Under the pieces are notes generated by a model. It ran no database searches. It was not told the DNA's origin and saw nothing but the letters and a program-made list of their open reading frames with translations. A program made the translations under genes and the position numbers. A stretch of 64,000 nucleotides of DNA from NCBI GenBank assembly GCA_045538685.1, contig JAZSRX010000013.1:12980-76979 (forward strand). Direction: 5' to 3'. The first letter of the stretch is position 1, and each line of letters opens with the position of its first letter. The stretch comes from Eubacteriales bacterium (GTDB lineage: Bacteria; Bacillota; Clostridia; Oscillospirales; CAG-272). Below, piece by piece: positions 26,104-36,800 of the stretch.

Positions 26104-28113
26104 ATGATAAATTCAGATAACAGACCGGTTGACGGCGGTATGGAAGTGCCCATCAAGGAGGCCGGTAAAGTATTAAAACAAAGCGGATATAAAATATCCA
26201 ACAGCGACGTGGATTCCTTCGTTTCCCTGAAGGATATCAACAAGATATATCCCAACGGCATTCAGGCCGTATACGATTTCAATATTGATATTTCGGAGAA
26301 GGACTTTATTGTTCTCGTCGGCCCCTCCGGCTGCGGAAAGTCCACGACCCTTCGTATGATAGCGGGACTTGAGGATATTACCAGCGGTTATCTCTACATA
26401 GACAAGGTCCTGTCGAATTATACGAGCAGTAAGGACCGTGATATTTCAATGGTATTCCAGAATTATGCACTGTATCCTCAGATGACGGTGTTTGATAATA
26501 TTGCGTTTCCTCTTCGCGCCCGTAAGTTCAGAAGACCTATGGAGGCTACCGCAGTCAAGGCGTGGAGGCAGGCGTCGGAGGTCGTTGAAAACAGAAGGGA
26601 AGACCTTCTATCGGCAATCACCGCCGCAAATGACAAGAATCTGAACTACGGAACTGTGGTGGAATACGTTGCGACCAAGCTTAGGATCTGCGACGAGGCG
26701 GCAAGGCTCCTTGTCAAATCAAGCTCCTCGCTCGATAGCGTAAAATCCTCCGCAGCCGAGAGGATAGACGGCGAGCTCCAAAAGCTTTCTGCTCAGGGAT
26801 ATGAGATGGATGATGAATACCGTCTTCTGAAAAACGGCGAAATCCAGTATCATTACGTGAAAATGAGCAATGAGGAGATACGCTCAAAGGTATTTGAGGC
26901 GGCGGAGATCCTCGACCTCGGTCCCTACCTTGACAGACGTCCCAAGGAGCTTTCCGGCGGACAGATGCAGCGTGTGGCGTTGGGACGTGCGATCGTCAGA
27001 AACGCAAAGCTCTTCCTTATGGACGAGCCGCTTTCAAATCTGGACGCAAAGCTCAGAGTTCAGATGCGCAGTGAGATCGTCAGAATCCACGAGCAGATCG
27101 GCGCAACCACCATATACGTAACTCACGACCAGACCGAGGCCATGACGATGGCTACAAAGATCGTTGTTATGAGCCGTGGTTGGGTACAGCAGATAGGCAC
27201 ACCCAGAGAAATTTACTGCAACCCCAAAAATATCTTCGTTGCCACCTTCATCGGCTCGCCCGCAATGAACGTTTTCGATGCGGAATACGACAACGGCAGA
27301 ATTATCTTTAACGGTGGCTACGAGGTGGCTCTCTCTGACGAGTGCGTTCTTCGACACAGAAAATATTACGAGGAAAAGATAGCCGAGCTTAAAAGAATGC
27401 TTGCTACTCCCGATTTCAAGAAGATGCACGCGCTGAAGCTTCTTGACAAGCATCTTTTCGGGGAGGAGCAGGGAAGCATTTCCGATACCCTCGTAAATAT
27501 CCTGGAGATCACACAGGACACCGAGTGCTTCGACAGAGTAAAGTCTCTGGTTGAGCAGATCAGAACAGAAAATAAATTTGACAGAAAGGCACTTCTCGCA
27601 TTGAGAGAGCCTCTGCTTACGTTTGAAAAGATCCCCTCTGCGGATATCAGCATGCTTCACAACGCACAGGTATTCAGCAAGGATGAGATCAAGGTTGATA
27701 ATACGCTTTATTATCAGAAGCCCAAGAAGAAAAAGAAAACTACCAAATTTAACGTAAATCTCAACTCCACCGATATTGAGTTCGTTAACAACCTGTACGA
27801 GGTCGCTAAGGGACTGCTTGAAAGATGTGAGACTGCTCTTGAGGGCAGACATCCGATCAGAGTCGGAGTAAGGCCTGAGGATATCGTTCTTAATTCGGAG
27901 TTTGAGGGTAATAAGACCGACGGCTTTACCGTCAATACGAGCATTGTTGAGCTTTTGGGCAGCGAGCTGCTTATTCACTCTGACTTTGCAGGGTCGGAAA
28001 TCGTTGCCAAGGTTTCGACCAACGTACTTATCAAGCCTCATACCGACGTTGAGCTTGCCTTCAATAAGGACAAGATCCTTATTTTCGATGATAACTGTGG
28101 AGACAGGATCTGA
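26104..28113 (+). CDS. MalK/MsmX-type ABC ATPase with two large insertions
   Basis: GPSGCGKST, MVFQNYALYP, LSGGQMQR, LMDEPLSNLDAKLR, YVTHDQ, FVATFIGSP.MN, GVRPE, VELLG; 669 aa versus the usual ~370. Confidence 0.93.
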   Translation: MINSDNRPVDGGMEVPIKEAGKVLKQSGYKISNSDVDSFVSLKDINKIYPNGIQAVYDFNIDISEKDFIVLVGPSGCGKSTTLRMIAGLEDITSGYLYIDKVLSNYTSSKDRDISMVFQNYALYPQMTVFDNIAFPLRARKFRRPMEATAVKAWRQASEVVENRREDLLSAITAANDKNLNYGTVVEYVATKLRICDEAARLLVKSSSSLDSVKSSAAERIDGELQKLSAQGYEMDDEYRLLKNGEIQYHYVKMSNEEIRSKVFEAAEILDLGPYLDRRPKELSGGQMQRVALGRAIVRNAKLFLMDEPLSNLDAKLRVQMRSEIVRIHEQIGATTIYVTHDQTEAMTMATKIVVMSRGWVQQIGTPREIYCNPKNIFVATFIGSPAMNVFDAEYDNGRIIFNGGYEVALSDECVLRHRKYYEEKIAELKRMLATPDFKKMHALKLLDKHLFGEEQGSISDTLVNILEITQDTECFDRVKSLVEQIRTENKFDRKALLALREPLLTFEKIPSADISMLHNAQVFSKDEIKVDNTLYYQKPKKKKKTTKFNVNLNSTDIEFVNNLYEVAKGLLERCETALEGRHPIRVGVRPEDIVLNSEFEGNKTDGFTVNTSIVELLGSELLIHSDFAGSEIVAKVSTNVLIKPHTDVELAFNKDKILIFDDNCGDRI

Positions 28114-28125
28114 TAGGAGACTAAT

Positions 28126-29781
28126 ATGCGTAAATTTGTAGCTGCTTTATTATTTATTATTATGATTATTTCGGCTTTATCGGGCTGTCGCAAGAAATAT
28201 TCCGAGACGGTGGATAAGCATCTTACCGAAGGTGTAGATTATGTTGACCACACCTCCACCTATGACGGAGAGGGACTTACGTATGACGAAACGATGTGGT
28301 ACGTAAACAAGCTTGACAGCGTACCCCTTCCCGATCCCTTCGTTTTTGTTGAGGACGGTACCTATTATATCGTCGGAACAAGCGACAGGGACAGTAACGT
28401 TATCGATTGCTATACTACCGAGGATTTTGTAAATTACGAGAGACACACCGCAATTTACAATCCCGCATCCATCGGCAGCTGGGAGTCGGCGAATGCCGCT
28501 ATCTATGCCCCCGAGCTCTACTGCTTTGACGGCCTGTACTATATGTATTACAGCGCGAACGACAGGAGCGGAATACGCCGAAACAGCGTTGTTGTCGCCG
28601 ATAATCCTCTCGGACCCTACAAGGCGATCCAAAACAACACCGTAAACGGTCTTGCAGAACCCGTTTTTCTTGACAAGAACTCAAGCTTTGGCGTTCTTGA
28701 CGCAACCGTTTTTACCGATGATGACGGCGAGATGTATATGTATTACAGCGTGAGCTGTAACGAAAACCAGCATATCGTCGGCGTAAAGCTTAATAGCCCC
28801 TACGAGGCGGACTGGTCAACCTACAAGAAGATCGTTGAGCCGGGCGCCCTTAATTCCTCAAACACCATTCTCAAGCCTTTGACCTGGGAGATGTTCAGAG
28901 AGGGTCTTCCTATTGCCGAGGCACCCTTCGTGATCAAATCCGAGGGCAAGTATTATATGACCTATTCGGTAAACGGCTGTTGGAACAAGTACTATAACGT
29001 GTGCTATGCCGTGTCCGATTCTCCTCTGGGCAACTTTGAGAAGCCCTATGAGGCAGGCGTCACGTGGAGCAATTTGTTCCTCGGCTACCCCGGCACCAAT
29101 ATTGCAAGCTCCTCTGTTTACAAGCAGTGGTCGGGATTCGCATCGGGAACGGCACACCATTGCTTCTTCTACGTGGGCGATCAACTGATGATAGGATATC
29201 ACGCCCATCAGAACCGCAACAGCAATTCGGGATATACAAAGCGTTATTTTGCCTTTGACTACGTCCACTTTGATGAAAATGGCAAGCCCTTTGCAAACGG
29301 CCCTACGTTTTCGATCCAACCTCTTCCCGAGGAAATAAGCGGATATAAGAATATTGCTTCATCGGCGTCTGTCAAGTCGGATAACGTGACAAATCCCGAG
29401 GCGATAAACGACAATTATATCGTTGATTGCTATAACATCAAGGGCGAGGAGACTAAGGAGGTCGTCCTCGGCGAGGGATACTCCTTTATCGAGCTGAAGT
29501 TTGACAAGGAGTATGAGATAGGCGGTATTGCCATTTATAACAGCGCATTCTTCGGAAAGCTCGTGTCGGAGATCGAGTATATCGATTTCGGTAACGGCAA
29601 CGCTGTTAAATATCCGCAGTTCTGTAGTGATATCTACGTAAACGGCGATACCAAGTTTATTTTCCCGAACAGCGCCTTTACAGTTGAATTTATAAATACC
29701 TTCAAGGCCGACCACGTTATTATCTGCGTTAAGACCGAGTCTGTCGGGGCGCTTAATGAGATCGTGGTTCTTGGCAGGTAG
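28126..29781 (+). CDS. GH43-family lipoprotein with C-terminal beta-sandwich
   Basis: Lipobox LSGC; LPDP (base), YAPE, LGPY, DATVF (pKa modulator), EAPF (acid), YYMTYS, GTAHH. Confidence 0.85.
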   Translation: MRKFVAALLFIIMIISALSGCRKKYSETVDKHLTEGVDYVDHTSTYDGEGLTYDETMWYVNKLDSVPLPDPFVFVEDGTYYIVGTSDRDSNVIDCYTTEDFVNYERHTAIYNPASIGSWESANAAIYAPELYCFDGLYYMYYSANDRSGIRRNSVVVADNPLGPYKAIQNNTVNGLAEPVFLDKNSSFGVLDATVFTDDDGEMYMYYSVSCNENQHIVGVKLNSPYEADWSTYKKIVEPGALNSSNTILKPLTWEMFREGLPIAEAPFVIKSEGKYYMTYSVNGCWNKYYNVCYAVSDSPLGNFEKPYEAGVTWSNLFLGYPGTNIASSSVYKQWSGFASGTAHHCFFYVGDQLMIGYHAHQNRNSNSGYTKRYFAFDYVHFDENGKPFANGPTFSIQPLPEEISGYKNIASSASVKSDNVTNPEAINDNYIVDCYNIKGEETKEVVLGEGYSFIELKFDKEYEIGGIAIYNSAFFGKLVSEIEYIDFGNGNAVKYPQFCSDIYVNGDTKFIFPNSAFTVEFINTFKADHVIICVKTESVGALNEIVVLGR

Positions 29782-29789
29782 GAGGAAGA

Positions 29790-31574
29790 ATGAAAAAATT
29801 ATTATCCCTTTTACTTATTTGCATTTTGCTCTTAACCCTTGCCTCGTGCAGGGAAAAGGACGACGGACCCTCGATCACGCCTACCGATGAGCCCGCAGCA
29901 GAGAAGGTTCACATTTTCGTTCTCGCAGGCCAGTCAGGCGCACGCGGCAAGGCCCTTGTAAGCGACCTTTCGGATGATGACCGCAAGTCCAGCGATGACG
30001 TGTTTATTTTGGCAGACGGCCTTCCTATGGGTGAGTTGAATAACATTCCCTCCGTGGATGATTCGCTTTACATCGACGTTCTTGAGCCCGGATACGGCGA
30101 CTTCCCCTCGGAGTTCGGACCCGAAATAGGTATGGGTCAGACTCTGGCATCGGTTTACCCTAAGCTGGATGCGGATTATAAGACGGTTATCGTTAAGTAT
30201 ACCGCCAGCGGCTCTACGATCACCGACCATTGGTACTCCGGCTCTGCCGTAGACGATCCCGAGCTTGCCGATCACATCAATCTTGATCAGTCGGTAAATA
30301 CCGATAAGGGAGATGAGACCGGTCCGCTGACAAAGAATCTTTACGACCTTGTAAATATGGCGATCGCCGAGGTTGAGTCCTTTGGCTACGAGGCTGTCGT
30401 TGAGGGCATGGCGTTCGTTCACGGCGAGCAGGATGCCAAGTTTGACGAGAATATGGAGATCTACGAGAAGGCTCTCGGCTATTTTATCAGCGATTTCAGA
30501 GCTTATTTTGAAAGTCCCGATATGCCCGTCGTTATTACCGAGGCTCTGACAAACAGCGCAAAGCATTCAAACCGTCTGAGAGAAATTCAGGCGTCGGTTG
30601 CAGAGAAAATGAATAACGTATCGCTCATCAATACGTGGGATCTTTATACAAATACCTTTGAGCCCTGGCATTTCGGTGCACAGAGCAACATTATTCTCGG
30701 TAACAGAATTGCTGCCGAGCTTGCGTCCTATAACGAAACCCGTGAGGTCGTCAGCATTGACGAAAATATTATCGATGTTCCCCTTGGCGCAAGCGTCGAG
30801 CTGCCAAGCTACGTTAAAGCAAGCTTTACCAACGGATATTCCGGTTATCTCAAGGTGCTTGAGTATTCCTCTTATGACCTTAACCTGCTGGGCGAGCAGA
30901 ACGTGAGCTTCAAGGCACGCACCGCATCGGGCGTTAAGGAATTTGATCTCAGGATAAAGGTCAGCGCCGACGTTGCTTACGTTGACGGTGTACTGAACGA
31001 ATATTCGGGAGTAAAGAAGAACACCCTCCCGGGCGGACTCGGAGAGGTATACGTTGTTAAGGGTGACAAGGGACTTTACGTTGCAGCGAGAATTAACGAC
31101 GCAGATATATGGACCGACGGAGAAAATTGGCACAGAGGTGATATGGGTCAGAAGGGCAATAACGATGACTTCAGAATCTACGTTACCGACTCCTCTGCGG
31201 AGGACAGGATCACGATCTGTCTTTCTGCTGCCAACCTTCTCAGGGTTTACGGCAAGGGAATCAGTCTGTCCGACAGCGAGGTTACCCTTGAGTTCGGCAA
31301 TCAGGTATACAAAAAGCAGATAGAGGGCTACAAATATCACGTGACCACCTACGGCACGGTAAACGGCGCAGGATCGACAGGTATGTGCCTTGAGCTTTAT
31401 ATCAGCTATGCCGAGCTTGGTATAAATGCCGACGATATCATGCTTTGCTTCAATTACAGTGACGTTTCATCCGACTCCGGTATAAAGAGCGAAACCGACA
31501 ACTATCTGACCGCGACCTCGGGCAACGAGGAGAATGATGACTCTTATTTCGCGATAGGTCAGCTTGTAAATTAA
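29790..31574 (+). CDS. SASA/CE6-like (DUF303) O-acetylesterase lipoprotein with C-terminal CBM9/DOMON-like domain
   Basis: Lipobox LASC; LAGQS, FGPEIG, HGEQD, WHF; VDGVLNEY...GLYVA..I.D pattern. Confidence 0.75.
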   Translation: MKKLLSLLLICILLLTLASCREKDDGPSITPTDEPAAEKVHIFVLAGQSGARGKALVSDLSDDDRKSSDDVFILADGLPMGELNNIPSVDDSLYIDVLEPGYGDFPSEFGPEIGMGQTLASVYPKLDADYKTVIVKYTASGSTITDHWYSGSAVDDPELADHINLDQSVNTDKGDETGPLTKNLYDLVNMAIAEVESFGYEAVVEGMAFVHGEQDAKFDENMEIYEKALGYFISDFRAYFESPDMPVVITEALTNSAKHSNRLREIQASVAEKMNNVSLINTWDLYTNTFEPWHFGAQSNIILGNRIAAELASYNETREVVSIDENIIDVPLGASVELPSYVKASFTNGYSGYLKVLEYSSYDLNLLGEQNVSFKARTASGVKEFDLRIKVSADVAYVDGVLNEYSGVKKNTLPGGLGEVYVVKGDKGLYVAARINDADIWTDGENWHRGDMGQKGNNDDFRIYVTDSSAEDRITICLSAANLLRVYGKGISLSDSEVTLEFGNQVYKKQIEGYKYHVTTYGTVNGAGSTGMCLELYISYAELGINADDIMLCFNYSDVSSDSGIKSETDNYLTATSGNEENDDSYFAIGQLVN

Positions 31575-31579
31575 AGAGT

Positions 31580-33853
31580 ATGAAAAAAAAGGAAAGATTT
31601 GAGCGATATAAATATCTGACCGGGCTTTCTGCCTGGGAGATCGCAAGCTATAGTGACCCCGATAGCGTTATCGTTCTCAATGACGGACCAAGCGGACTTC
31701 GCAAGCCCTTGAAAAATGGGTTTACGGAGCAAAACGAGGTAATAAAAACCGTGTGTATGCCCACACCGAGCGCCCTTGCCGCCTCCTTTGACGAGGATGC
31801 CTGCTATGAAAGCGGCGCGCTTATTGCATCGGAGTGCCTTTATCACGGAACCAACCTTCTGCTTGCCCCGGGCATTAATATTAAAAGATACGTTATGTGC
31901 GGCAGAAACTTTGAGTACTTTTCCGAGGATCCTTATCTCACGGGCAGACTTGCCGCAGGATACGTCAGGGGACTCGAGGAAAACGGAGTTGGTGCCTGCG
32001 TTAAGCATTATGCCTGCAATTCTCAGGAGCACGGAAGAACGGTCAACAGCAGCGAGATATCGCTTCGTGCCCTGAACGAGATATATTTGCGAGGATTTAA
32101 GTATACCCTGAAATACTCTCGCCCCTCGTCAATTATGACATCATATAACAGGATAAACGGCGTTTACGTCAACGAGTCGGAGTATATGCTTCAGCAGAAG
32201 CTAAGGCAGGAATACGGCTTTGATGGGCTGATAATGTCCGACTGGTGTGCCGTAAGCAACAAGGGTAAGAGCTTTAGTACGGGACTTAATATTGAGATGC
32301 CCCTTTCAAAAATGAGCTACGAGCTTATGGATAGGGACTACGGCGTCAGCTTTAATGACGATGATCTGATAAGGCTCGACCGGGAAATACATAATACCGT
32401 AGCTAAGTTTAAGGGAACTAAGGATCTCGAGGAATTGGATCTCGATAGACTTCACGACAAGGCTGTCGACGTGGCAAACAAAACCGTCGTTTTAGTGAAA
32501 AACGACAACAATTATTTACCGATTAGTGAAAATGAAAGGGTTTTGGTCCTCGGATACTTCGCCAACCACGCAAGATCTGTGGGAGGGGGAAGCGGTTGGG
32601 TAAATGCCTACCGAGAGGTTACCTTCCTCGATACCCTTTCCTCACACGGGATAGACTACAGCTTCCTTGAGTGTTACGATGAGAGCGGACTGACGGTAAC
32701 TGCCGCTCAGCTCGAGGAGTATAAGGGTAAGTACGACAGAGTCCTTGTATTCCTCGGTCAGTATCAGGCGGATGAGACCGAGGGCTTTGACAGAACGACT
32801 ATCGATCTCCGTCTCCCTCAGTATGAGCTCGTCCGAATGGTCAAGGAGATCTTCGGCAGCTTTGCCGCCGTACTCGTCAGCGGTAGTGTGGTTAATATCG
32901 AGGAGATATACCGCAGCTCAGACGCCCTTCTCATAACCTATCTTGCGGGAGAGGGACAGTCGGAGGCAATATACAACAACCTTACGGGACGTCATAATCC
33001 CAGCGGCAGACTTCCCGAGACCTGGATATCCTCACTTGAGCAGAATCCCATAAATGCAGAGTACGCAAGACGTGATATATATCACACCTATTACGACGAT
33101 GACATTTTCGTCGGCTACAGATATTACGATCTTGGCTGCGAGGGATTTGTTCTTCCCTTTGGCTTTGGACTGGGGTATTCCGATTTCAGCTACTCAGCCT
33201 TTGATTATAAAGTGGCTGACGGAAAGATTCTGGTATCTCTGGAGCTTACCAACGAGGGAAGCCTTGATGGCGAGGATGTCATTCAAATATACGTAGGAAA
33301 GCGCGACTCGGTGGTTTATCGTCCCAAGAAGGAGCTGAAGGCCTTCAAAAAGGTGAAGGTCGGGGCAGGGGAGACCCTTTCCGTGACGGTTGAGGTGGAT
33401 ATTGACGACGTTAAGTCCTACCGCGACTCTACAGATTCCTTCGAGCTTGAGGACGGTGACTATGAGATCTATATAGCAAGAAACGCCTCTTCAATAATAG
33501 ATGAAGGAAGAGTTCATCTTGACGGCGTAAGGTTTGATCCCATGCCTGAGCCCGAAAAACTTGAGAGGCGCGAGGTGCCCGAGCGCTACAGCCTTGATAC
33601 CCCGGCAGGTATCCTCTGTGAAAACGAAGCATTTAAAAAATACGTCGAGGATCGCGGTCTTCCAATCGATCCCGAGGACGTGAACAGAAAGATGCCGTGG
33701 ATCGAGGCAAAGGCCCTGCGCGTGACCATCTGCGACGGTGACATCAATATCACCTACGAGGAGATGGAGGAGCTCGTTAATTATCTGAATGAGCATTCCG
33801 AGATCAACAGAGCGGTCAACTTTGATGCCGCAGTGGCAAAATACAAGATTTGA
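31580..33853 (+). CDS. GH3 beta-glycosidase, cytoplasmic
   Basis: DGP.GLRK, LAPG.NI, GRNFEYFSEDP, KHY, IMSDW nucleophile, EG.DR, PSGRLP, VGYRY, PFGFGL.Y, FnIII-like; no signal peptide. Confidence 0.95.
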   Translation: MKKKERFERYKYLTGLSAWEIASYSDPDSVIVLNDGPSGLRKPLKNGFTEQNEVIKTVCMPTPSALAASFDEDACYESGALIASECLYHGTNLLLAPGINIKRYVMCGRNFEYFSEDPYLTGRLAAGYVRGLEENGVGACVKHYACNSQEHGRTVNSSEISLRALNEIYLRGFKYTLKYSRPSSIMTSYNRINGVYVNESEYMLQQKLRQEYGFDGLIMSDWCAVSNKGKSFSTGLNIEMPLSKMSYELMDRDYGVSFNDDDLIRLDREIHNTVAKFKGTKDLEELDLDRLHDKAVDVANKTVVLVKNDNNYLPISENERVLVLGYFANHARSVGGGSGWVNAYREVTFLDTLSSHGIDYSFLECYDESGLTVTAAQLEEYKGKYDRVLVFLGQYQADETEGFDRTTIDLRLPQYELVRMVKEIFGSFAAVLVSGSVVNIEEIYRSSDALLITYLAGEGQSEAIYNNLTGRHNPSGRLPETWISSLEQNPINAEYARRDIYHTYYDDDIFVGYRYYDLGCEGFVLPFGFGLGYSDFSYSAFDYKVADGKILVSLELTNEGSLDGEDVIQIYVGKRDSVVYRPKKELKAFKKVKVGAGETLSVTVEVDIDDVKSYRDSTDSFELEDGDYEIYIARNASSIIDEGRVHLDGVRFDPMPEPEKLERREVPERYSLDTPAGILCENEAFKKYVEDRGLPIDPEDVNRKMPWIEAKALRVTICDGDINITYEEMEELVNYLNEHSEINRAVNFDAAVAKYKI

Positions 33854-33895
33854 CTTTAGTTAACCCAATATAAAAAATACAAAAAGGAGAAAGTC

Positions 33896-36800
33896 ATGAA
33901 AACCAGAAGTATTATCCTTCTAATGGCGTTAATGTTCGTGTTCGCCCTGGCGCTGACATCCTGCGATGCTATTTCGCAGCTGTTACCCGGAAACCAGTCG
34001 CACGAGCACAAGTGGGCAGAGGCTACTTGTACGTCACCTAAGACCTGTACTGAGTGTGATGCTACCGAGGGTGAGGCCCTTGGACACACCGAGCAGGTTA
34101 TTCCCGGAAAGGAAGCTACCTGTACAGAGGAAGGCTACACCGAGGGCAAGATCTGTACCGTATGTAACGAGGTTACTGTGGCACAGCAGTCTACCGTTGC
34201 AAAGGGACATTCTGCCATCGAAGCAGGCTGCGAGACCGCATCTACCTGTAGTGTGTGTCACGTAGTTCTCTCTCCCGCACTCGGTCATGATGAGGTGGAT
34301 GTAGCTCCTACCAATCCCACCTGTACCGAGGAGGGTCTTACCGCAGGTAAGGCGTGCTCCCGCTGCGATAAGGTATTCGTAGCGCAGGAGACCATTCCCG
34401 CACTCGGACATACCGAGGAGACCCTGGCAAGGGTTGAGCCCGATTGCGTAAACACCGGTTTTACCGAGGGTAAGAAGTGTTCTGTTTGCGGTGATATCAC
34501 CGTAGCACAGGAGACTATTCCCGCTCTTGGTCATACCGAGCAGACCCTGGCAAGGGTTGAGCCCGATTGTGTAAACACCGGTTTTACCGAGGGTAAGAAG
34601 TGCTCTGTATGCGGAGAGATCACCGTAGCACAGGAGACTATTCCCGCACTCGGACATACCGACGAGACTCTCGCAAGGGTTGAGCCCGATTGTGTAAACA
34701 CCGGTCTTACCGAGGGTAAGAAGTGCTCTGTATGCGGAGAGATCACCGTAGCACAGGAGACCATTCCCGCACTCGGACATACCGAGGAGGTCATCCCAGG
34801 ATTTGCACCCACCTGTACGGCAACAGGCCTTACCGATGGAAAGAAGTGTACCGTTTGCGGTGTGATCACCCAGGCACGGCAGGACATTCCCGCAAACAAC
34901 CACAAGGACGATGACGGCGACTTTAAGTGTGACGTATGTTCTGCAGTTCTTTGCACCAGCCACGTTGCATCCGAGCCCGTTCAGGAGGAGTATAAGGCAG
35001 CTACCTGTACCGAAGCCGGCTCCTACGTTCTCGTGACATATTGCGCAAACTGTCAGTACACTATGAACAGAGAGACTAAGGTTATTGATGCACTCGGACA
35101 TACCGATGAGATCCTTCCCGCCGTAGCACCCACCTGTACACAGACGGGTCTTACCGAGGGTAAGAAGTGCTCTGTTTGTAGCGCAATCCTCAAGGAGCAG
35201 GAGAAGGTCGATATCGTTCCTCATACTCCTGGTGAGTGGATCGTGACAACAAGTCCCACCTGCGAGACCGACGGTGAAAGACTTGCACAGTGTACCGTTT
35301 GTTCTGCTATTGCAAAGCAAGAGGCCATTAATAAGCTAGGCCACGCATACAGCGTGGTTTACACCTGGTCTGAGGACGGCTCTACCTGTACTGCAACAGA
35401 GATCTGTCAGAATGACAACAGTCACGTACGCAATACAGAGACCGCTACCGTTTCTACGGTCGACCTTGATGTAAGCAAGAGTGGCGTTAAGTTTACCTAT
35501 AACGTAGTATTTGCTAACGACAGCTTCGAGGCACAGAGCGTAGAGAAGAGCGGCGAGCTCGCTCTTGAAAATAAGATCGCAACCGTCACCGCTCCCGAGA
35601 TCGCCGGCAGAGTTGCATCTCACGACTTCGTAAAATTCAGCTTCCACGATGAGGAGGCAACCTATAAGTTCACTATTAACTATTCCGAGATCGACGTTTG
35701 GGACGGCTCGGTAGCTACCGAGTTTGCAGGCGGAAGCGGAACCGAAAACGATCCTTACATCATTAAGACCGGCGCACAGCTTGCATACCTTGCAAAGCTC
35801 GCTATGGACGGAACTGCCGCAAAAGATTCTGTTTACGGCACTGGCATTTACTACAAGCTTGCCGCATCCCTTGATCTCAGCGGACATCAGTGGACTCCCA
35901 TTGCAATGTACGACAAGGGTTATTCCTGGACATACTTCGACGGCATTTTTGATGGCGCAGGCCACAAGATCATCTTCAATATCGAAACTACGAGCTACGG
36001 CTACGGTCTGTTCGCAGGCCTTGGCGCAAATAGCGTTGTAAAGAACCTCACTCTCTACGGAAGTGTTAAGACCGCTCACAGAGCAGGCGCTCTTGCTTAC
36101 ATCACTCAGTCCGGCGCTTATGTAGAGAACGTAACCAACTATGCAAGTGTAACCTGTACCGCAACCGGCGGTTATGTAGGCGGTCTTGTCGGCTCCCTGT
36201 CCGGTGCTGATTCCGTAATGAACAACTGTGTAAACTACGGAACGGTTTCCAGCGCAGGCAAGCAGACCGGCGGTATTACCGGTACTACTCCCGCAACAAT
36301 AACCAACTCGGTTAACTTCGGTGATGTTACCTGTACTCCGGGTACCGTAGGCGGCATTACCGGTACTTCCACGACCGCTAAGATTATCGGCTGTGCAAAC
36401 TACGGCGCGATCGATGGCGAAGGCACCTGCGGCGGTATTGTAGGTAACATTACAACCAACACTACCGTATCTCTTTGCGTGAACTACGGAGCAGTTACCG
36501 CATCCAGCTGGAACCTTGGCGGTATCGGCGGCTATATGGGCGCGGGCAGCAGCGTTCTCGGCTGTGCAAACTACGGCAGCGTTATTCTTTCCGACAAGAG
36601 CAATGTCGGCGGTATTATAGGTAACAACCTTGGTGCTGTGGGCGACTACGTTGCTGCGGACGGCACCGTTTATCACACCGTGAACTACGGCACCGTTACC
36701 GGTCCTAAAAACGTTGGCGGTATTGCGGGTTATGCGTATGACAGCAAGACCGGCACTAACGGTACTATGACCAACGCTGTAAACTACGGCACCGTTAAGG

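Noticed and set aside
33990..35420. multiheme cytochrome (many CxxC)
   Set aside because: Motifs are CxxCG/N/D/S, with only an isolated CxxCH, and no cytochrome c maturation genes are in the window.
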